Source: Pristiophorus japonicus
Taxonomy: Eukaryota
NCBI RefSeq assembly: GCF_044704955.1
Contig: NC_091999.1
Coordinates: 9,796,001 to 9,860,000, forward strand
Direction of reading: 5' to 3'
Length of the DNA stretch: 64,000 nt
Below the pieces are notes generated by a model that ran no database searches, was not told where the DNA came from, and was given only the letters and a program-made list of their open reading frames with translations. Made by a program: the position numbers and the translations under genes. Positions within the stretch are counted from its first letter, which is position 1, and the number at the start of each line of letters is the position of its first letter. Below are positions 12,083-24,781 of the stretch, piece by piece.

Positions 12083-12498
12083 CGCTCAGTGCACAGTAAT
12101 GTACTGTGGAATCTGTCAGTGTTCGTCCAGACACGTTCAGCGTGAGGGTTCGGCTCCAATCAGTGAGCTTCGTTGAAAAACGCTCCCCTGGAAATCTCCC
12201 TCTCCTCTCGCTGTATCTGCTTCTCTGCAGCAGATGCTCCAAGGAGCCGTTGGAATACTGACGGTACCAGTAGAGGTGAACAGTATCTCCACTTGTCGCT
12301 GTATAATCATAGTATCCTTCACTTACTGTGGTTATAGCTGGTATCTGTGAAACGGAGTCTCCTTCACAATTCCCAGCAAGAGTCCAGAGCGGTATTAAAC
12401 TGAGGAATGTCACTTCACTGCGTCTATTAGCCAGAATCAGAGAGACATCCACAATAATTACCTGAGAAGTTAATGAAGGCAGATAAAGTGAAATGCAC
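12083..12498 (-). pseudogene. TCR V pseudogene, family A copy 1
   Basis: GDSVSQIPAITTVSEGYYDY..LYWYRQ..DSTVHYCALS. Cys23->Tyr, 5-codon FR1 deletion, leader (12462-12498) starts GTG, expected acceptor reads TG instead of AG. Confidence 0.88.
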
Positions 12499-13123
12499 TT
12501 CCGTAGACTTCAGGGCCTGTATGGGGAAGGTGCTCTGATCGTTGGAATAAAACCTCCTTTAATTAACTATCAGCAAGGCTAGCGATAGACTTGAGAAATA
12601 TATTTTCTCCACAGGCCTGCCGAAATGTACAAATATGTATGTCTTCACGTGCTCTCCCATTGGATTGCGTGTTTCCAAAACCTCTGTTATCAAGTTCGGA
12701 AACTGGGATCTATCTTTAGGTAAAACCGGAATAACGTGTCAGAGGAATTTCCCTCGAACCTGAACACATCACATGTTCGGTTCTGATCGAATCTGTGCGA
12801 TGAATTCACAAACACAGGCAGAATATGGGAAGCGTTTCCTTTTCCATGGAGCGACTTGAGCATCGATTCATGACTTTAAGTGGAAACAGCTGATCAAAAG
12901 CAGAAAGGACAGTTTAACCCGTCCGTTCATTCTGTGATCGATCTTGCGGACCGATTGGCTTCTGCAGTTTGTTTTCTCGGCCGCTCCTGGAAATAGTTGG
13001 CTGACAGTTTGTTCCGAGGTTAACTTGGTTTCCTCTCGGTATGTGTTTGCACATTGTGTCTTCATCTGCCCGCGGTTCCACATAACCCCAACTGACAGCA
13101 GCTCCGATCTACAGTCGATAGGC

Positions 13124-13162
13124 AGTTTATGTCGGGGGGTTCGACTGCTTTCCATCACTGTG
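13124..13162 (-). other. 23-RSS of B1 (CACAGTG-23-ACATAAACT)
   Basis: Consensus heptamer 13156-13162, 23-nt spacer, nonamer 13124-13132. Confidence 0.92.
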
Positions 13163-13621
13163 AGTCTCAGAGCGCAGTAATACAGGGCAGCGTCAGCCAG
13201 CTGCAAGCCGGTGATGGTTAAACTCGTGAATTTCGTCGAGGTCTGAAGTTCTGCAGAGAAACGTGTTCCGAAACCTTCTCCTTTCTTTGGCTGTGTATTC
13301 AAAGTCCATCTCCTCACGACAAACTGGGGCACATTCTCTGCTTTTTGCTGGTACCAATATAATGAATAGTCATCAGCTGTGGTCCTATAGGTACATTTTA
13401 TAGTCACCGCTTCACCTTCTCTCCTGCTCTCTGAAGACTGGGACTGAGTAACAGAATCTCCGTCACTCTGACCTGTACCATGTGCAGAGGAACAAGATAA
13501 GACCGAGTATTAAAGGTGTCAGTGAAATGATATTAACATTTTACTTCAAACAGAGCATTATTGAATGAACCTTACCGACAATAAAGACCCCAAACACAAC
13601 CCAGGCGCTAAATATCCGCAT
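13163..13621 (-). CDS. TRAV/TRDV: TCR alpha/delta-type V gene B1, apparently functional (leader 13576-13621, V exon 13163-13472)
   Basis: MRIFSAWVVFGVFIV-G, GT..AG intron, QSDGDSVTQSQSSESRREGEAVTIKCTY..LYWYQQK..DAALYYCALR; intact 23-RSS. Confidence 0.92.
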
Positions 13622-13712
13622 GGCCGCTGTGGAGCCCGAATCTGTCTGTCCGTGTAAAAGCCCAATCCAGGACCAGATGAGACCCCGTCAGAGACTCAGA
13701 ATGGTTCAACGT

Positions 13713-13744
13713 CACTTCCTGCACTCGTTGCTGCAATGACGTAA
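13713..13744 (-). promoter_or_regulatory. Putative V promoter: ETS core (AGGAAGTG) + CRE/ATF-like TGACGTAA
   Basis: ~90-120 nt upstream of the B1 ATG. Equivalent CACTTCCT..TGACGCAA upstream of B2-B5 and B9. CRE and ETS motifs are typical of TCR V promoters. Confidence 0.55.
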
Positions 13745-14469
13745 TATCCATTTCACCCGTGACATATTGAAATCAGATTCAAATTATGGTCCTGGCTCAG
13801 TTGAATCCCTTTGAGCCACAGCATAAAGCATCTCAGGCTGGTGTCAGTTGCTCAGTGGCATTCTCTGGTGTGAGAAAAGGTTGAGGTTTGCTGAAGTTTG
13901 GAGATAGATTTAATGGGCCCGAACCGGTCACACTGAGTGAGTGAATGTTGGTTCTCTGCTGGCGTTTGACGACACAGCAAGAGCATTAAATTCATTGTCA
14001 TTGTACCTTTTGTGTTTACACTCAACTATCCGCTGTGTGCAATAGATTTACTCTGGTCCTTATTTCTAACGAAAGTGTGAACGCATTCTAAAAGAATATG
14101 CTAGCGATTGAGTTAAAACAGCATTAAGATTAGATTCCCACTGAGAGACCAGAGGAAAGCTTCCCCTTCTGTGTCCACAGCAGAAGGTTTACCAAATCGG
14201 ACCCCCGTCAATCATCTCAGTCTGAATAGGGAAAGTAAGTGAAATCAACTGAACATCTTTATAGCTGTACAAAGAGATACATTGTCACTTCGAGATCTAT
14301 CTGATTACTGTGTTGTCAATTTCTCAGAGGGGTATTTGAGAATATTCCTCAAAATTCTTCTGAAGCCGTTAGATTATCACTTTACTGAATCTACCAGGAG
14401 GTGCCATTGCACTGTGCTGAAATGATCACATGGGAAGGATGGTTATGGCCATGGGAGAAAGTCTCCACC

Positions 14470-14870
14470 CGTATTTCAGTTCTTTCTCCCAATCTCTCTC
14501 TCTCTCCCAAATCTCGCTCCCTCTCTTCAGTCTATCTCTCTTCCACCAATCTCTTTCTCTCTCCATTCCCGTCTCTCTCTGTTTCTGTCACCAAGTATCT
14601 GTCTCTCTCGATCCCCAGTCTGGCTTTCTCCCCTAATCTCTCTCTCTCTCACCGTCACTCTGTCTCACTGCCTCCCCTCTATCTCTCTCTTCCCCTAAGC
14701 CTCTCTCTCCCCAGTCTCGCTCTCTCTTCTGAGCATGTCTCTCTCTCCCTGTCTCTCTTTTTAACGCTTCTCCAAGTCTCTCTCGCTCGCTCTCCAGTCT
14801 CTGCTGCTCTCTGCCTCCCTGCCTCTCTCTCTCTCCCCCCAATCACTCAATATCTCCGAGTTTTTCTCTC
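14470..14870. repeat. CT-rich polypyrimidine low-complexity tract (one per cassette)
   Basis: Also at ~10105-10505, 20640-21020, 26770-27160, 32870-33265, 38970-39365, 45110-45497, 52390-52780 and 59805-60198. Source of the spurious SL/ER-rich ORFs. Confidence 0.9.
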
Positions 14871-15032
14871 TGACAGAAGGCCGCGAAAATGTCCATCAAT
14901 ATAATCACCGCGATATTTTAGCCAAAAGTCTAAATCTGTGAAGCAACGTGGTCGACGGTAGCACCGGCCTCCACACGATACAGCTCACTTGTGGTTTCGG
15001 CTCAGAGGAGTCTGCTCATGCACGGGACGTGG

Positions 15033-15060
15033 TGTGTGTGTGTGTGTGTGCGCGCGTGTG
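15033..15060. repeat. (GT)n microsatellite within a CpG-rich patch (one per cassette)
   Basis: Also at ~21184-21216, 27321-27349, 33428-33458, 39526-39562 and 54288-54319. Confidence 0.9.
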
Positions 15061-15539
15061 GGAAGGGGTGCGGAGTGTTGCAGGGTGGGGGTGTCGGTGT
15101 CCATGGCGGCCGTGCGATTGAGCAGCACGTCGGGTGGAGACCAGGGCACACATGCGTAGCAGGTCGGTAAAACCGTTTCAAAGAATCACTCCGATTGATT
15201 AAGCATCGTCGTTCACATTCAAACTCTACCGCTGTCACTTTGAGATTGAATATTATCTCCATCATTCGACTATGTTGGTAGTTCCCCGGAAATGAATATG
15301 GATCCCTTCCCCAAATATCTGCTGAAATCCTTAGATTAATGTCTAACTGAAGCTAAAACTGTGCTGAAATTAAACACATCTGGTGGTAAGTGATGCTTGA
15401 TGACATGGAAGGGACTCCTCAACCGGGTTACATTCCATGAATGTGTTGTTCACTTTAGATTTTAATATACTAGAGATAGCTTTCGAATGATAGCTGTATA
15501 AAACTACCATAATTTATATTGCAGTTGCTTTAAGATTTG

Positions 15540-16815
15540 CAGCATGAGGAAATAATTGGTCAACGGGATTTGTTAAGGAACATTCGTGTCTGACTAACTT
15601 GATTAAGTTCCCTGAGGCGGTAACAAGGAGGGTCGATTACGGCAGTGTGTTTGTTGTAGTTCACATGGATTTTAGCAAGGCATTTGCCAATTACCCGCCT
15701 ATTAGGATGAACAAAAATGTAAAAGTGCACGGGATCCAAGGCAAAATTGCAAATTGGTTCCAAATTTGACTCGGTGGCATGTAGCAATGGGATCTTTTTA
15801 AGACTGGAAAGCTGCTTCCAGTGTGGTTCCACAGGGCTCCGTATGCGGTCATGTACTTTTTGTAGTCTATATTAATGGTTTAGACTGAACTGTTTGGGGC
15901 ATGACAACGAAATTTGCAAATGATACAACAAATGACCGTATGCCTGACAATAAGGATGAAAGCCCAAGATTGCAGGAAATATCGATGAACTGGTCGGTTG
16001 GACGGAAAATTGTCAAATGGAATTCAATCCGGAAAGTTGTGAAGTAATGCATTTGGGGAGGAGCAACAATTCAAGGGAATATCTAATAAATGGGAGGATA
16101 CTGAGAGATGTGGAGGAACCGAGTGACCTTCGAGAAAACTTCCACATATCCTTAAAGGTAGCAAGGCAGATCGACAAGCGAGTTAAAAGGCATACAGAAT
16201 GCTGTCCTATACTAGCCGAGGCATAGAAGACTTTACGTGCAAGAACTTTATACCACATTACTTAGGCCACAGTTTGACTACTGCGTGCATTTCTGTACAT
16301 TAAAATACAGGAAGGACTTGATTGCAGTAGAAAGGGTGCAGAGGAGATTACGAGGATTTCGGCAGGACTGGCACATATTATGAGGAAAGATGTTATAGGC
16401 TAGGCTTCTTTTCCTTGGAACAGAGGAGGCTGAGGGGAGATTTTCTTTCGGAATATACAATAATGAGCAACCGAGGTAAAGTGGATAGAAAGGAACTATT
16501 TCCCTGGCAGAGAGGTCAAAAACCAGGGGGCAAATAATTCAATTATTTGGCAGAAGAATTGGAGCGGAGATGGGGACAAAATTCTTCACCAGAGACTGTT
16601 GGGATTTGGAAATCACTGCCTGAAATGGTCGTAGAGGCAGAAACCCTCATCACGTTTTAAATATACTTGGATATGCACTTAAAGAGCCTTAACCTACAGG
16701 GCTACGGACTTAATGCTGGAAAGTAAGTTTGGGCTGGGTATATTTTTTCGAACGACGCATACACGATGGGCCGAATGGTCTACTTCTGTGTCGCAATTTT
16801 CCATGATTCTGTGAA
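15540..16815 (+). mobile_element. Decayed CR1 3' fragment carried in the cassette
   Basis: Degenerate RT remnants (MEFNPESCEVMHLGR); TTCCATGATTCTGTG tail. Confidence 0.85.
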
Positions 16816-17634
16816 GCGTGCTCAGGAGAGCATGTGATGAGGAATAGCTGCCAAAACAAGAATAATAGCGGGAAGAGTGGATATTTATGAATCTCAACAA
16901 CAGAAACACAGATACAAACCGGTTTTAAATGTTGATAGATTTATATAAATCAGGAAAAGCATGCGGCCGAGTCCCACAGGAGCAGTGAGAAATTCGTGAC
17001 CACATGCCCTCAGACGGCTACAATGAGAACATTTAGAATATTCGTATATCGGATGAATAGTAACCACCACAAATGTTTCCAGTGGCAGTTTGCAGTGCAA
17101 ATTCATGGGCAGATGTTGTGGTGATGCTGATGTCAAATGTCGAGCCTTGTACATCAACACTTACAGGGGCATCAACATTAATCAGATTAATTGGAATGTG
17201 GAAATTCACAGATCCGCTTGTGTATTTGATCCTTTCTGATCTGCACAATAAACAACAAACCACAATGCGTATTCACAACAATGGACTTTCATTTCCTTTC
17301 AGGTTAAAGAGGCCGGCTGACCCTGACCTTTGTAAACCGACTGCAGACAGTCATCGTGTATTGTTCTCCTGCTATCCCCGGTGTACAGTGAGTCCTTTCT
17401 CTGTGTCTCTGCATTGAAGGATACTTGATGTAATCTGCCCGCCCCCCATCCCCCCACCCCGCCCCGCTCAGCGAGAACATTATTCGAGGCATAGACAAGC
17501 AGTTGCCCATCTGTCTGTCAGTCATCAGCCTTGTTACCTCTATAAATGCCTCTCCCTCATCTACCTGCCTTGGTATGTATCAGATTGAAGCGTTTAGGGT
17601 CGAATCTGCCTGTACCAGTAGTCTGCGTGTACAA

Positions 17635-18062
17635 GGAGTCAGCCGTAGCTGAGTTGGAAGCACTCTCGCCTTTGAATCCTCAGGGTGTGAATTCATTGCA
17701 CACTCCAGAGTCTTGAGCGCAAAATCTAGTCCCACATTTCCCATATGAATACCGAGGGAGTGATGAACTTTCAGGGGTGCCATCTTTAGGATGAGACGTG
17801 AAACCGAGGCGCTGTTTGCCTTCTCAGGAGGACATAATATATGTCCGCGGTGCGCTGGTGAATATTTATCCCTCAATCAACATCATTAACTCGTATTAAC
17901 TGGTCATTATTACGTCGCTGTTTGCGGGACCCTGATGGGTGCAAACTGGCTTCTACGTTACCTACATTACACGAGTGAAGATACTTCAAATACTTCACTG
18001 TCCATTAATCACTGAGGGATGTCATGAAAGATCCTCCATCAGTAATATTTCTTTTTCTTTAC
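17635..18062 (+). mobile_element. SacSINE1/DeuSINE-like SINE (cassette copy)
   Basis: Paralog of 11470-11893. Confidence 0.8.
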
Positions 18063-18251
18063 TCGTTTGTATATTGTTATTATATACTTACTAGTAATAC
18101 ACGTAACTACGTGTGAGACTTAAAAGTACAAGATATAACTCGAGACCAACTCAGATCCGCCCCTGATCGCACTGTCTACATGATGCGCTGATATGCTGAA
18201 AGACAGTCTGACAATTTGTACACCGGTTGAGCCCCGCTTTGTATCTCTGTG

Positions 18252-18647
18252 GCGCTCAGTGCACAGTAATGTACTGTGGAATCTGTCAGCGTCAGGGTTC
18301 GGCTCAAATCAGTGAGCTTCGTTGAAAAACGCTCACCTGGAAATCTCCCTCTCCTCTCGCTGTATCTGCTTCTCTGCAGCAGATGCTCCAAGGAGCCGTT
18401 GGAATAATTATGGTACCCGTAGAGGTGAACAGTATCTCCACTTGTTGCTGTATAATCACAGTTTCCTTCACGTACTATGGTTATAGCTGGTATCCGTGAA
18501 ACGGAGTCTCCTTCACAATTCCCAGCAAGAGTCCAGAGCGGTGTTCAACTGAGGCATGTCACTTCACTGCGTCTAACAGCCAGAATCAGGGAGACATCCA
18601 CAATAATTGCCTGAGAAGTTAATGAGGGCAGATGAAGTGAAATACAC
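18252..18647 (-). pseudogene. TCR V pseudogene, family A copy 2
   Basis: Trp41->Gly, 7-codon FR3 deletion, FR1 deletion, GTG start, GC donor, TG acceptor. Heptamer CACAGAG at 18245-18251. Confidence 0.88.
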
Positions 18648-19274
18648 TTCCCTAGACCTCAGGGGCTGCGTGGGGAAGGTGTTCCGATCGATGGAATAAA
18701 ACGTCTTTTCATTAACTATCAGCAAGACTAGCGATAGACTTGAGAAATCTATTTTCTCACAGGCCTGCCGAAATGTTCAACTATGTATGTCTTCACGTGC
18801 TCTCCCATTGGATTGTGTGTTTCCAAATCCTATGTTATCAAATTCGGAAAGTGGGATCTATCTTGAGGTAAAACCGGAATAACGTGTCAGAGAATTTCCC
18901 GCGAACCTGAACACATCACATGTTCGGTTCTGATCGAATGTGCGGGATGAATTCACAAACACAGGCAGAATATGGGAAGCGTTTCCTTTCCCATTAATGG
19001 AGCGACCTGAGCATCGATTCATGACTTTAAGTGGAAACAGCTGTTCAAGAGCAGAAAGGACAGTTTAACCCGTCCGTTCATTCTGTGATCGATCTTGCGG
19101 ACCGATTGGCTTCTGCAGTTTGTTTTCTCGGCCGCTCCTGGAAATAGTGGGCTGACAGTTTGTTCCGAGGTGAACTTGGTTTCCACTCGGTTTGTGTTTG
19201 CACATTGTGTCTTCATCTGCCCGCGGTTCCACATAACCCCAACAGACAGCAGCTCCGATCTACAGTCGAAAGGC

Positions 19275-19313
19275 AGTTTATGTAGGGGGGTTAGACTGCT
19301 TTCCATCACTGTG
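19275..19313 (-). other. 23-RSS of B2 (CACAGTG-23-ACATAAACT)
   Basis: Heptamer 19307-19313, nonamer 19275-19283. Confidence 0.92.
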
Positions 19314-19772
19314 AGTCCCAGAGCGCAGTAATACAGGGCAGCGTCAGCCAGCTGCAAGCCGGTGATGGTTAAACTCGTGAATTTAGTCGAGGTCTGGAGT
19401 TCTGCAGAGAAACGGATTCCGAAACCTTCTCCTTTCTCTTGCTGTGTGTTCCAAGTCGGTCTGCTCACAACAAACTGGGGCGCCTTCTCTGCTTTTTGCC
19501 GGTACCAATATAAGACATAGCTGTTCACTGCGGTACTATAGGTACATTTTATAGTCACCGCTTCACCTTCTCTCCTGCTCACTGAAGACTGGGACTGAGT
19601 AACAGAATCTCCGTCACTCTGATCTGTAACATGTTTAGAGAAACAAGATAAGACCGAGTATTAAAGGCGTCAGAGAAATGATATTAACATTTTACTTCAA
19701 ACACAGCATTACTGAAGCGTCCTTACCGACAATAAAGACCACAAACACAACCCAGGCAATGAATTGCCGCAT
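19314..19772 (-). CDS. TRAV/TRDV: TCR alpha/delta-type V gene B2, apparently functional (leader 19727-19772, V exon 19314-19623)
   Basis: MRQFIAWVVFVVFIV; TIKCTYSTAVNSYVLYWYRQK..YYCALG; canonical splice sites and RSS. Confidence 0.92.
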
Positions 19773-21696
19773 GGCCGCTGCGGAGCCCGAACCTGTCAGT
19801 CCATGTTAAAGTCCAAAGCAGGACCAGACGAGACCCCGTCAGAGGCTCCTAATGGTTCAACGTCACTTCCTGCACTCATTGCTGCAATGACGCAATATCC
19901 ATTTCACCCACGACATATTAACTCAGATTCAAATTATGGTCCTGGCTCAGTTGAATCCTTTTGAGCCACAGCATAAAGCAACTCAGAGTGGGCCAGTCAC
20001 TCAGTGGAGTTCTCTGGTGTGAGGAAAGCTTCAGCTTTGCTGAAGTTTGGAGATTGATTTAATGGGTCCGAACCGGTCACACAGAGTGAGTGAATGTTGG
20101 TTCTCTGCTGGAGTTTGACTGCACAGCCGGATCATTATTTTATTCCCATTGTACCTTTCGTGTTTATACTCAATTATCCGCTGTGCGCAATAGATTTACT
20201 CTGGTTGCTATTTCGAACGAACGTGTGATTGCATTCAAAAATGAAATGCTAGCGATTGAGTTAAAACAACATTAAGATTAGATTCCCACTGAGAGACCAG
20301 AGCAAAGTTTCCCTTTCTGTCTCCACAGCAGAAGGTTAACCAAATCAGACCCCCATCAACCATCTCAGTCTGAATTGGGAAAGTAAGTGACATCAACTGA
20401 ACAACATTATCGCTATACAAATAGATACATTGTCACTTCGTGATAGTAGCTCCCCGTCATCAGATTGCTGTGTTGTCAATTTCTCAGAGGGGTATATGAG
20501 AATATTCCTCAAAATTCTTCCAAAGCCGTAAGATTATCACTTTACTGAGTCTACCAGGAGCCGCAATTCCACTGTGCTGAAATGGTCAAATGGGAAGGAT
20601 GGTTAGTGCCATGGGAGAAAGTCCCCTCCCGTGTTTCAGTTCTTTCTCCCAATCTCTCTCTCTCTCCCCAATCTCGCTCCCTCTCTTCAGTCTATCTCTC
20701 TCCCACCAGTCTCTTTCTCTCTCCATTCCCGTCTCTATCTCTCTCCCCCAAGTCTCTGTCTCTTTCGATCCCCAGTCTGTCTTTCTCCCCTAATCTATCT
20801 CTCTCTCCCCATCACTCTGTCTCACTGCCTCCCCTCTCTCTCTCTCTTCCCCCAATCCTCTCTCTCCCCAGTCTCGCTCTCTCTTCCGAGTATGTCTCTC
20901 TCTACTGTCTCTGTTTTTAACGCTTCTCCAAGTCTCTCTCGCTCGCTCTCTGCAGCTCGCTGCCTCCCTGCCTCTCTCTCTTTCCCCCCCAGTCACTCAA
21001 TACCTCCGAGTTTTTCTCTCCAACAGAAGGCCGCGAAAATGTCCATCAATATAATCACCGCAATATTTCAGCCAAAAGTCTAAATCTGCTCAGCAATATT
21101 GTCGATGGCAGCACCAGCCTCCTCACGAGACAGCCCACTTGTGGTTTCGGGTCAGAGGAGCCTGCTCATGCGCGGGACAGGGCGTGTGTGTGTGTGTGTG
21201 TGTGTGTGCGCGTGTGGGAGCGGGTGCGGAGGATTGCGGGGTGGGGGTGTCGGTGTCCATGGCGGCCGTGCGATTGAGCAGCACATCGGGTGGAAACCAG
21301 GGTGCACATGCGTTGCAGGTCGGTAAAACCATTTCAAAGAATCACTCCGATTGATTAAGCATCGTCGTTCACATTCAAACCCTACCGTTGTCAATTTGAG
21401 ATTGAATATTATCTCCATCATTCGACGATGTTGGTCGTTCCTCGGAAATGAATATTGATCCCTTCCCCAAATATCTGCAAAAATCCTTTCATTAATGTCT
21501 AGCTGAAGCTAAAACTGTACTGAAAGTAAACACATCTGGTGGTAAGTGATAGTTGGTGACATGGAAGAAACTCCTCAACCGGGTTACATTCCATGAGTGC
21601 TTCGTTCATTACAGATTTTAATATACCAGAGATATCTTTCAAATGATAGCTGTATAAAACTACCATAACTCATATTGCAGTTGCTTTAAGATTTGC

Positions 21697-22945
21697 AGCA
21701 TGAGGACATAATTGATCAACGGGAATTGTTAAGGAACGTTCGTGTCTGACTAACTTGATTGAATTCTCTGAGGAGGTAACAAGGAGGGTCGATTACTGCA
21801 GTGTTTTTGTTGTAGTTTAAATGGATTTTAGCAAGGCGTTTGCCAAGCTCCCGCCTATTAGACTGATCAAAAATGGATCAAGATTGGTTCCAAATTTCAC
21901 TCAGTGGCATGTAGCAAAGGATTCTTTTTGTGACTGTAAGGTGTCTACCAGTGAGGTTCCACAGGGCTCAGTACGCGGTCATTTACTTTTTGTTGCATAT
22001 ATTCATGGTTTGGACTGAACTGTAGGGGGCATGACAACGAAATTTGCAGATGATACAACAAATGACCTTATGGATGACAGTTAGGATGAAAGTGCAAGAC
22101 AGCAGGAAATATCAATGAACTGGTCAGTTGGATGGAAAATTATCAAATGGAATTCAATCCGGAAACTTGTGAAGCAATGCATTTGGGGAGGAGCAACAAT
22201 TCAAGGGAATATCTAATAAATGGGAGGATACTGAGAGGTGTGGAGGAACAGAGTGACCTGGGAGAAAACGTCCACATATCCTTAAAGGTAGCAGAGCATA
22301 TTGACAAGCTAGTTAAAAGGCATACAGAATGCTGTCCTTTACTGGTCGAGGCATAGAAGACTTTACGTGCAAGAACTTTATACAACATTATATAGGCCAC
22401 AGTTTGACTACTGCGTGCAGTTCTGGGCATTACAATACAGGAAGGACTTGATTGCACTAGAAAGGGTGCAGAGGAGATTACGAGGATTTTGGCAGGATTG
22501 GCAAATATTATGAGGAAAGATGTTATAGGCTAGGCTTCTTTTTCTTGGAACAGAGGAGGCTGAGGGGAGATTACTTTAGGAATATACAATAATGAGCAGC
22601 CGAGGTAAAGTGGATAAATAGGATCTATTTCCCTAGCAGAGAGGTTAAAAACCAGGGGGCAAATAATTCAATTATTTGGCAGAAGGATTAGAGCGGAGAT
22701 TGGGACAAAATTCTTCATCAGAGACTGTTGGGATTTGGAACTGAGTGCCTGAAATGGTCGTAGAGGCAGAAACCCTCATCACGTTTTAAATATACATGGA
22801 TAAGCACTTAAAGAGCCTTAACCTACAGGGCTACGGACTTCATGCTGGAAAATAGATTTCGGCTGAGAAACTTTTTTTCGAACGACGTATACACGACGGG
22901 CCAAATGGCCTACTTCTGTGTCGTAATTTTCTCTGATTCTGTGAA
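21697..22945 (+). mobile_element. Decayed CR1 3' fragment (cassette copy)
   Basis: MDFSKAFAKLP..EVPQGSV RT remnants. Confidence 0.85.
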
Positions 22946-23755
22946 GCGTGCTAGGGAGAGGATGTGATGAGGAATAGCTGCCAAAACAAGAACAATAGCG
23001 GGAGGAGTGGATCTTTATGAATCTTAACAACAGGAACACAGATACAAACAGGTTTTAAATGTTGATAGATTTATATAAATCATGAAAAGCATGCGGCCCA
23101 GTCCCACAGGAGCAGTGAGGAATTCGTGATAACAGCGCCCTCAGACTGATATAATGAGAACATTTAGAATATTCGGATATCGGATGAATAGTAACCACCA
23201 TAAATATTTCGAGTGGCAGTTTGCAGTGCAAATTCATGGGCAGATGTGGTGATGCTGATGCCAAATGTCGAGCCTTGTACATCAACACTTACAGGGGCAT
23301 CAACATTAATCAGATTAATTGGAACGTGGAAATTCACAGATCCGCTTGCGGATTTGACCCTCTCTGATCTGCACAATAAACAACAAACCACAATGCGTAT
23401 TCACAACAACGGACTTTAATTTCCTTTCAAGTTAACAGAGGCCGGCTGACCCTGACCTTTGTAAACCGACTGCAGACAGTCATCGTGTATTGTTCTCCTG
23501 CTTTCCCCGGTGTCCAGTGAGTCCTTTCTCTGTGTCTCTGCATTGAAGGATACTTGATGTAATCTGCCCATCCCCCACCGCGTCCCGCTCAGCGAGAATA
23601 TTATTCGAGGCATAGACAAGCAGTTGCCCATCTGTTTGTCAGTCATCAGCCTTGTTACCTCGATAAAGACCTCTCCCTGATCTACCTGCCTTGGTATGTA
23701 TCAGAATGAAGCGTTTAGGGTCGAATCTGCCTGTACCAGTAGTCTGCGTGTACAA

Positions 23756-24175
23756 GGAGTCAGCCGTAGCTGAGTTGAAAGCACTCTCGCCTTTGAATCC
23801 GAAGGGTGTGAATTAATTTCACACTCCAGAGTCTTGCGCGCAAAATCTAGCCCCACATTTCCCATATGAATACTGAGGGAGTGATGAACTTTCAGGGGTG
23901 CCATCTTTAGGTGAAACCGAGGCGCTGTTTGCTTTCTCAGGAGGACATAATATATGTCTGCGGTGCGCTGTTGAATATTTATGTCTCAATGAACATCATT
24001 ATCAGTTATTAACTGGTCATTATGACGTCACTGTTTGCGGGACTCTGATGGGTGCAAACTGGCTGGTACATTTCCTACATTACACAAGTGACGATACTTC
24101 AAATACTTCACTGTCTGTTAGTCACTTATGGACGTCATGAAAGCTCCTCCATCAATAAAAGTTCTCTTTCTTTAC
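23756..24175 (+). mobile_element. SacSINE1/DeuSINE-like SINE (cassette copy)
   Basis: Paralog of 11470-11893. Confidence 0.8.
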
Positions 24176-24364
24176 TCGTTTGATTATTGTTATTATATAT
24201 TTATTAGTAATAAACGTAAATACGTGTGAGAATTAAAAGCACAAGATATAACTCGAGACCAACTCAGATGCGCCCCTGATTGCACTGTCCGCATGATGCG
24301 CTGATATGCTGAAAGACAGTCTGACAATTTTTGTACCGGTTGAGCCCCGCTCTGTATCTCTGTG

Positions 24365-24781
24365 GCGCTCAGTGCACAGTAATGTACTGTGGAATCTGTC
24401 AGTGTTGGTCCAGACACGTTCAGCGTGAGGGTTCGGCTCCAAACAGTGAGCTTCGTTGAAAAACGCTCACCTGGAAATCTCCCTCTCCTCTCGCTGTATC
24501 TGCTTCTCTGCAGAAGATGCTCCAAGGAGCCGTTGGAATACTGATGGTACTGGTAGAGGTGAACAGTATCTCCACTTGTCGCTGTATAATCACAGTATCC
24601 TTCACTTACTGTGGTTATAGCTGGTATCCGTGAAACGGAGTCTCCTCCACAAGTCCCAGCAAAAGTCCAGAGTGGTATTAAACTGAGGAATATCACTTCA
24701 CTGCGTCTATCAGCCAGAATCAGAGAGGCATCCACAATAATTACCTCAGATGTTAATGAGGGCAGATAAACTGAAATACAC
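24365..24781 (-). pseudogene. TCR V pseudogene, family A copy 3
   Basis: Trp41->Gln, leader with GTG start and TGA stop, FR1 deletion. Heptamer CACAGAG at 24358-24364. Confidence 0.88.

Noticed and set aside
12051-12452. Family A as intronless leader+V single-exon genes (hydrophobic TFLSLIPLWTLAG upstream of V)
   Set aside because: That stretch is intron: a separate 37-nt leader exon with a donor lies upstream. The ORFs start at GTG, and A2 has a stop there.
12944-13180. 78-aa + strand ORF (MRTDWLLQF...) repeated five times
   Set aside because: Antisense shadow of the RSS-downstream region with a non-ATG start; repeated only because of the tandem duplication.
14410-14416. Isolated CACAGTG heptamer (minus strand) upstream of B genes
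   Set aside because: No convincing nonamer at 12 or 23 spacing and no adjacent gene segment.
14401-14904. Ser/Leu-rich and Glu/Arg-rich ORFs (also at 20.6, 26.7, 32.8, 38.9, 45.1, 52.3 and 59.7 kb)
   Set aside because: Translation artefacts of CT-rich low-complexity DNA.
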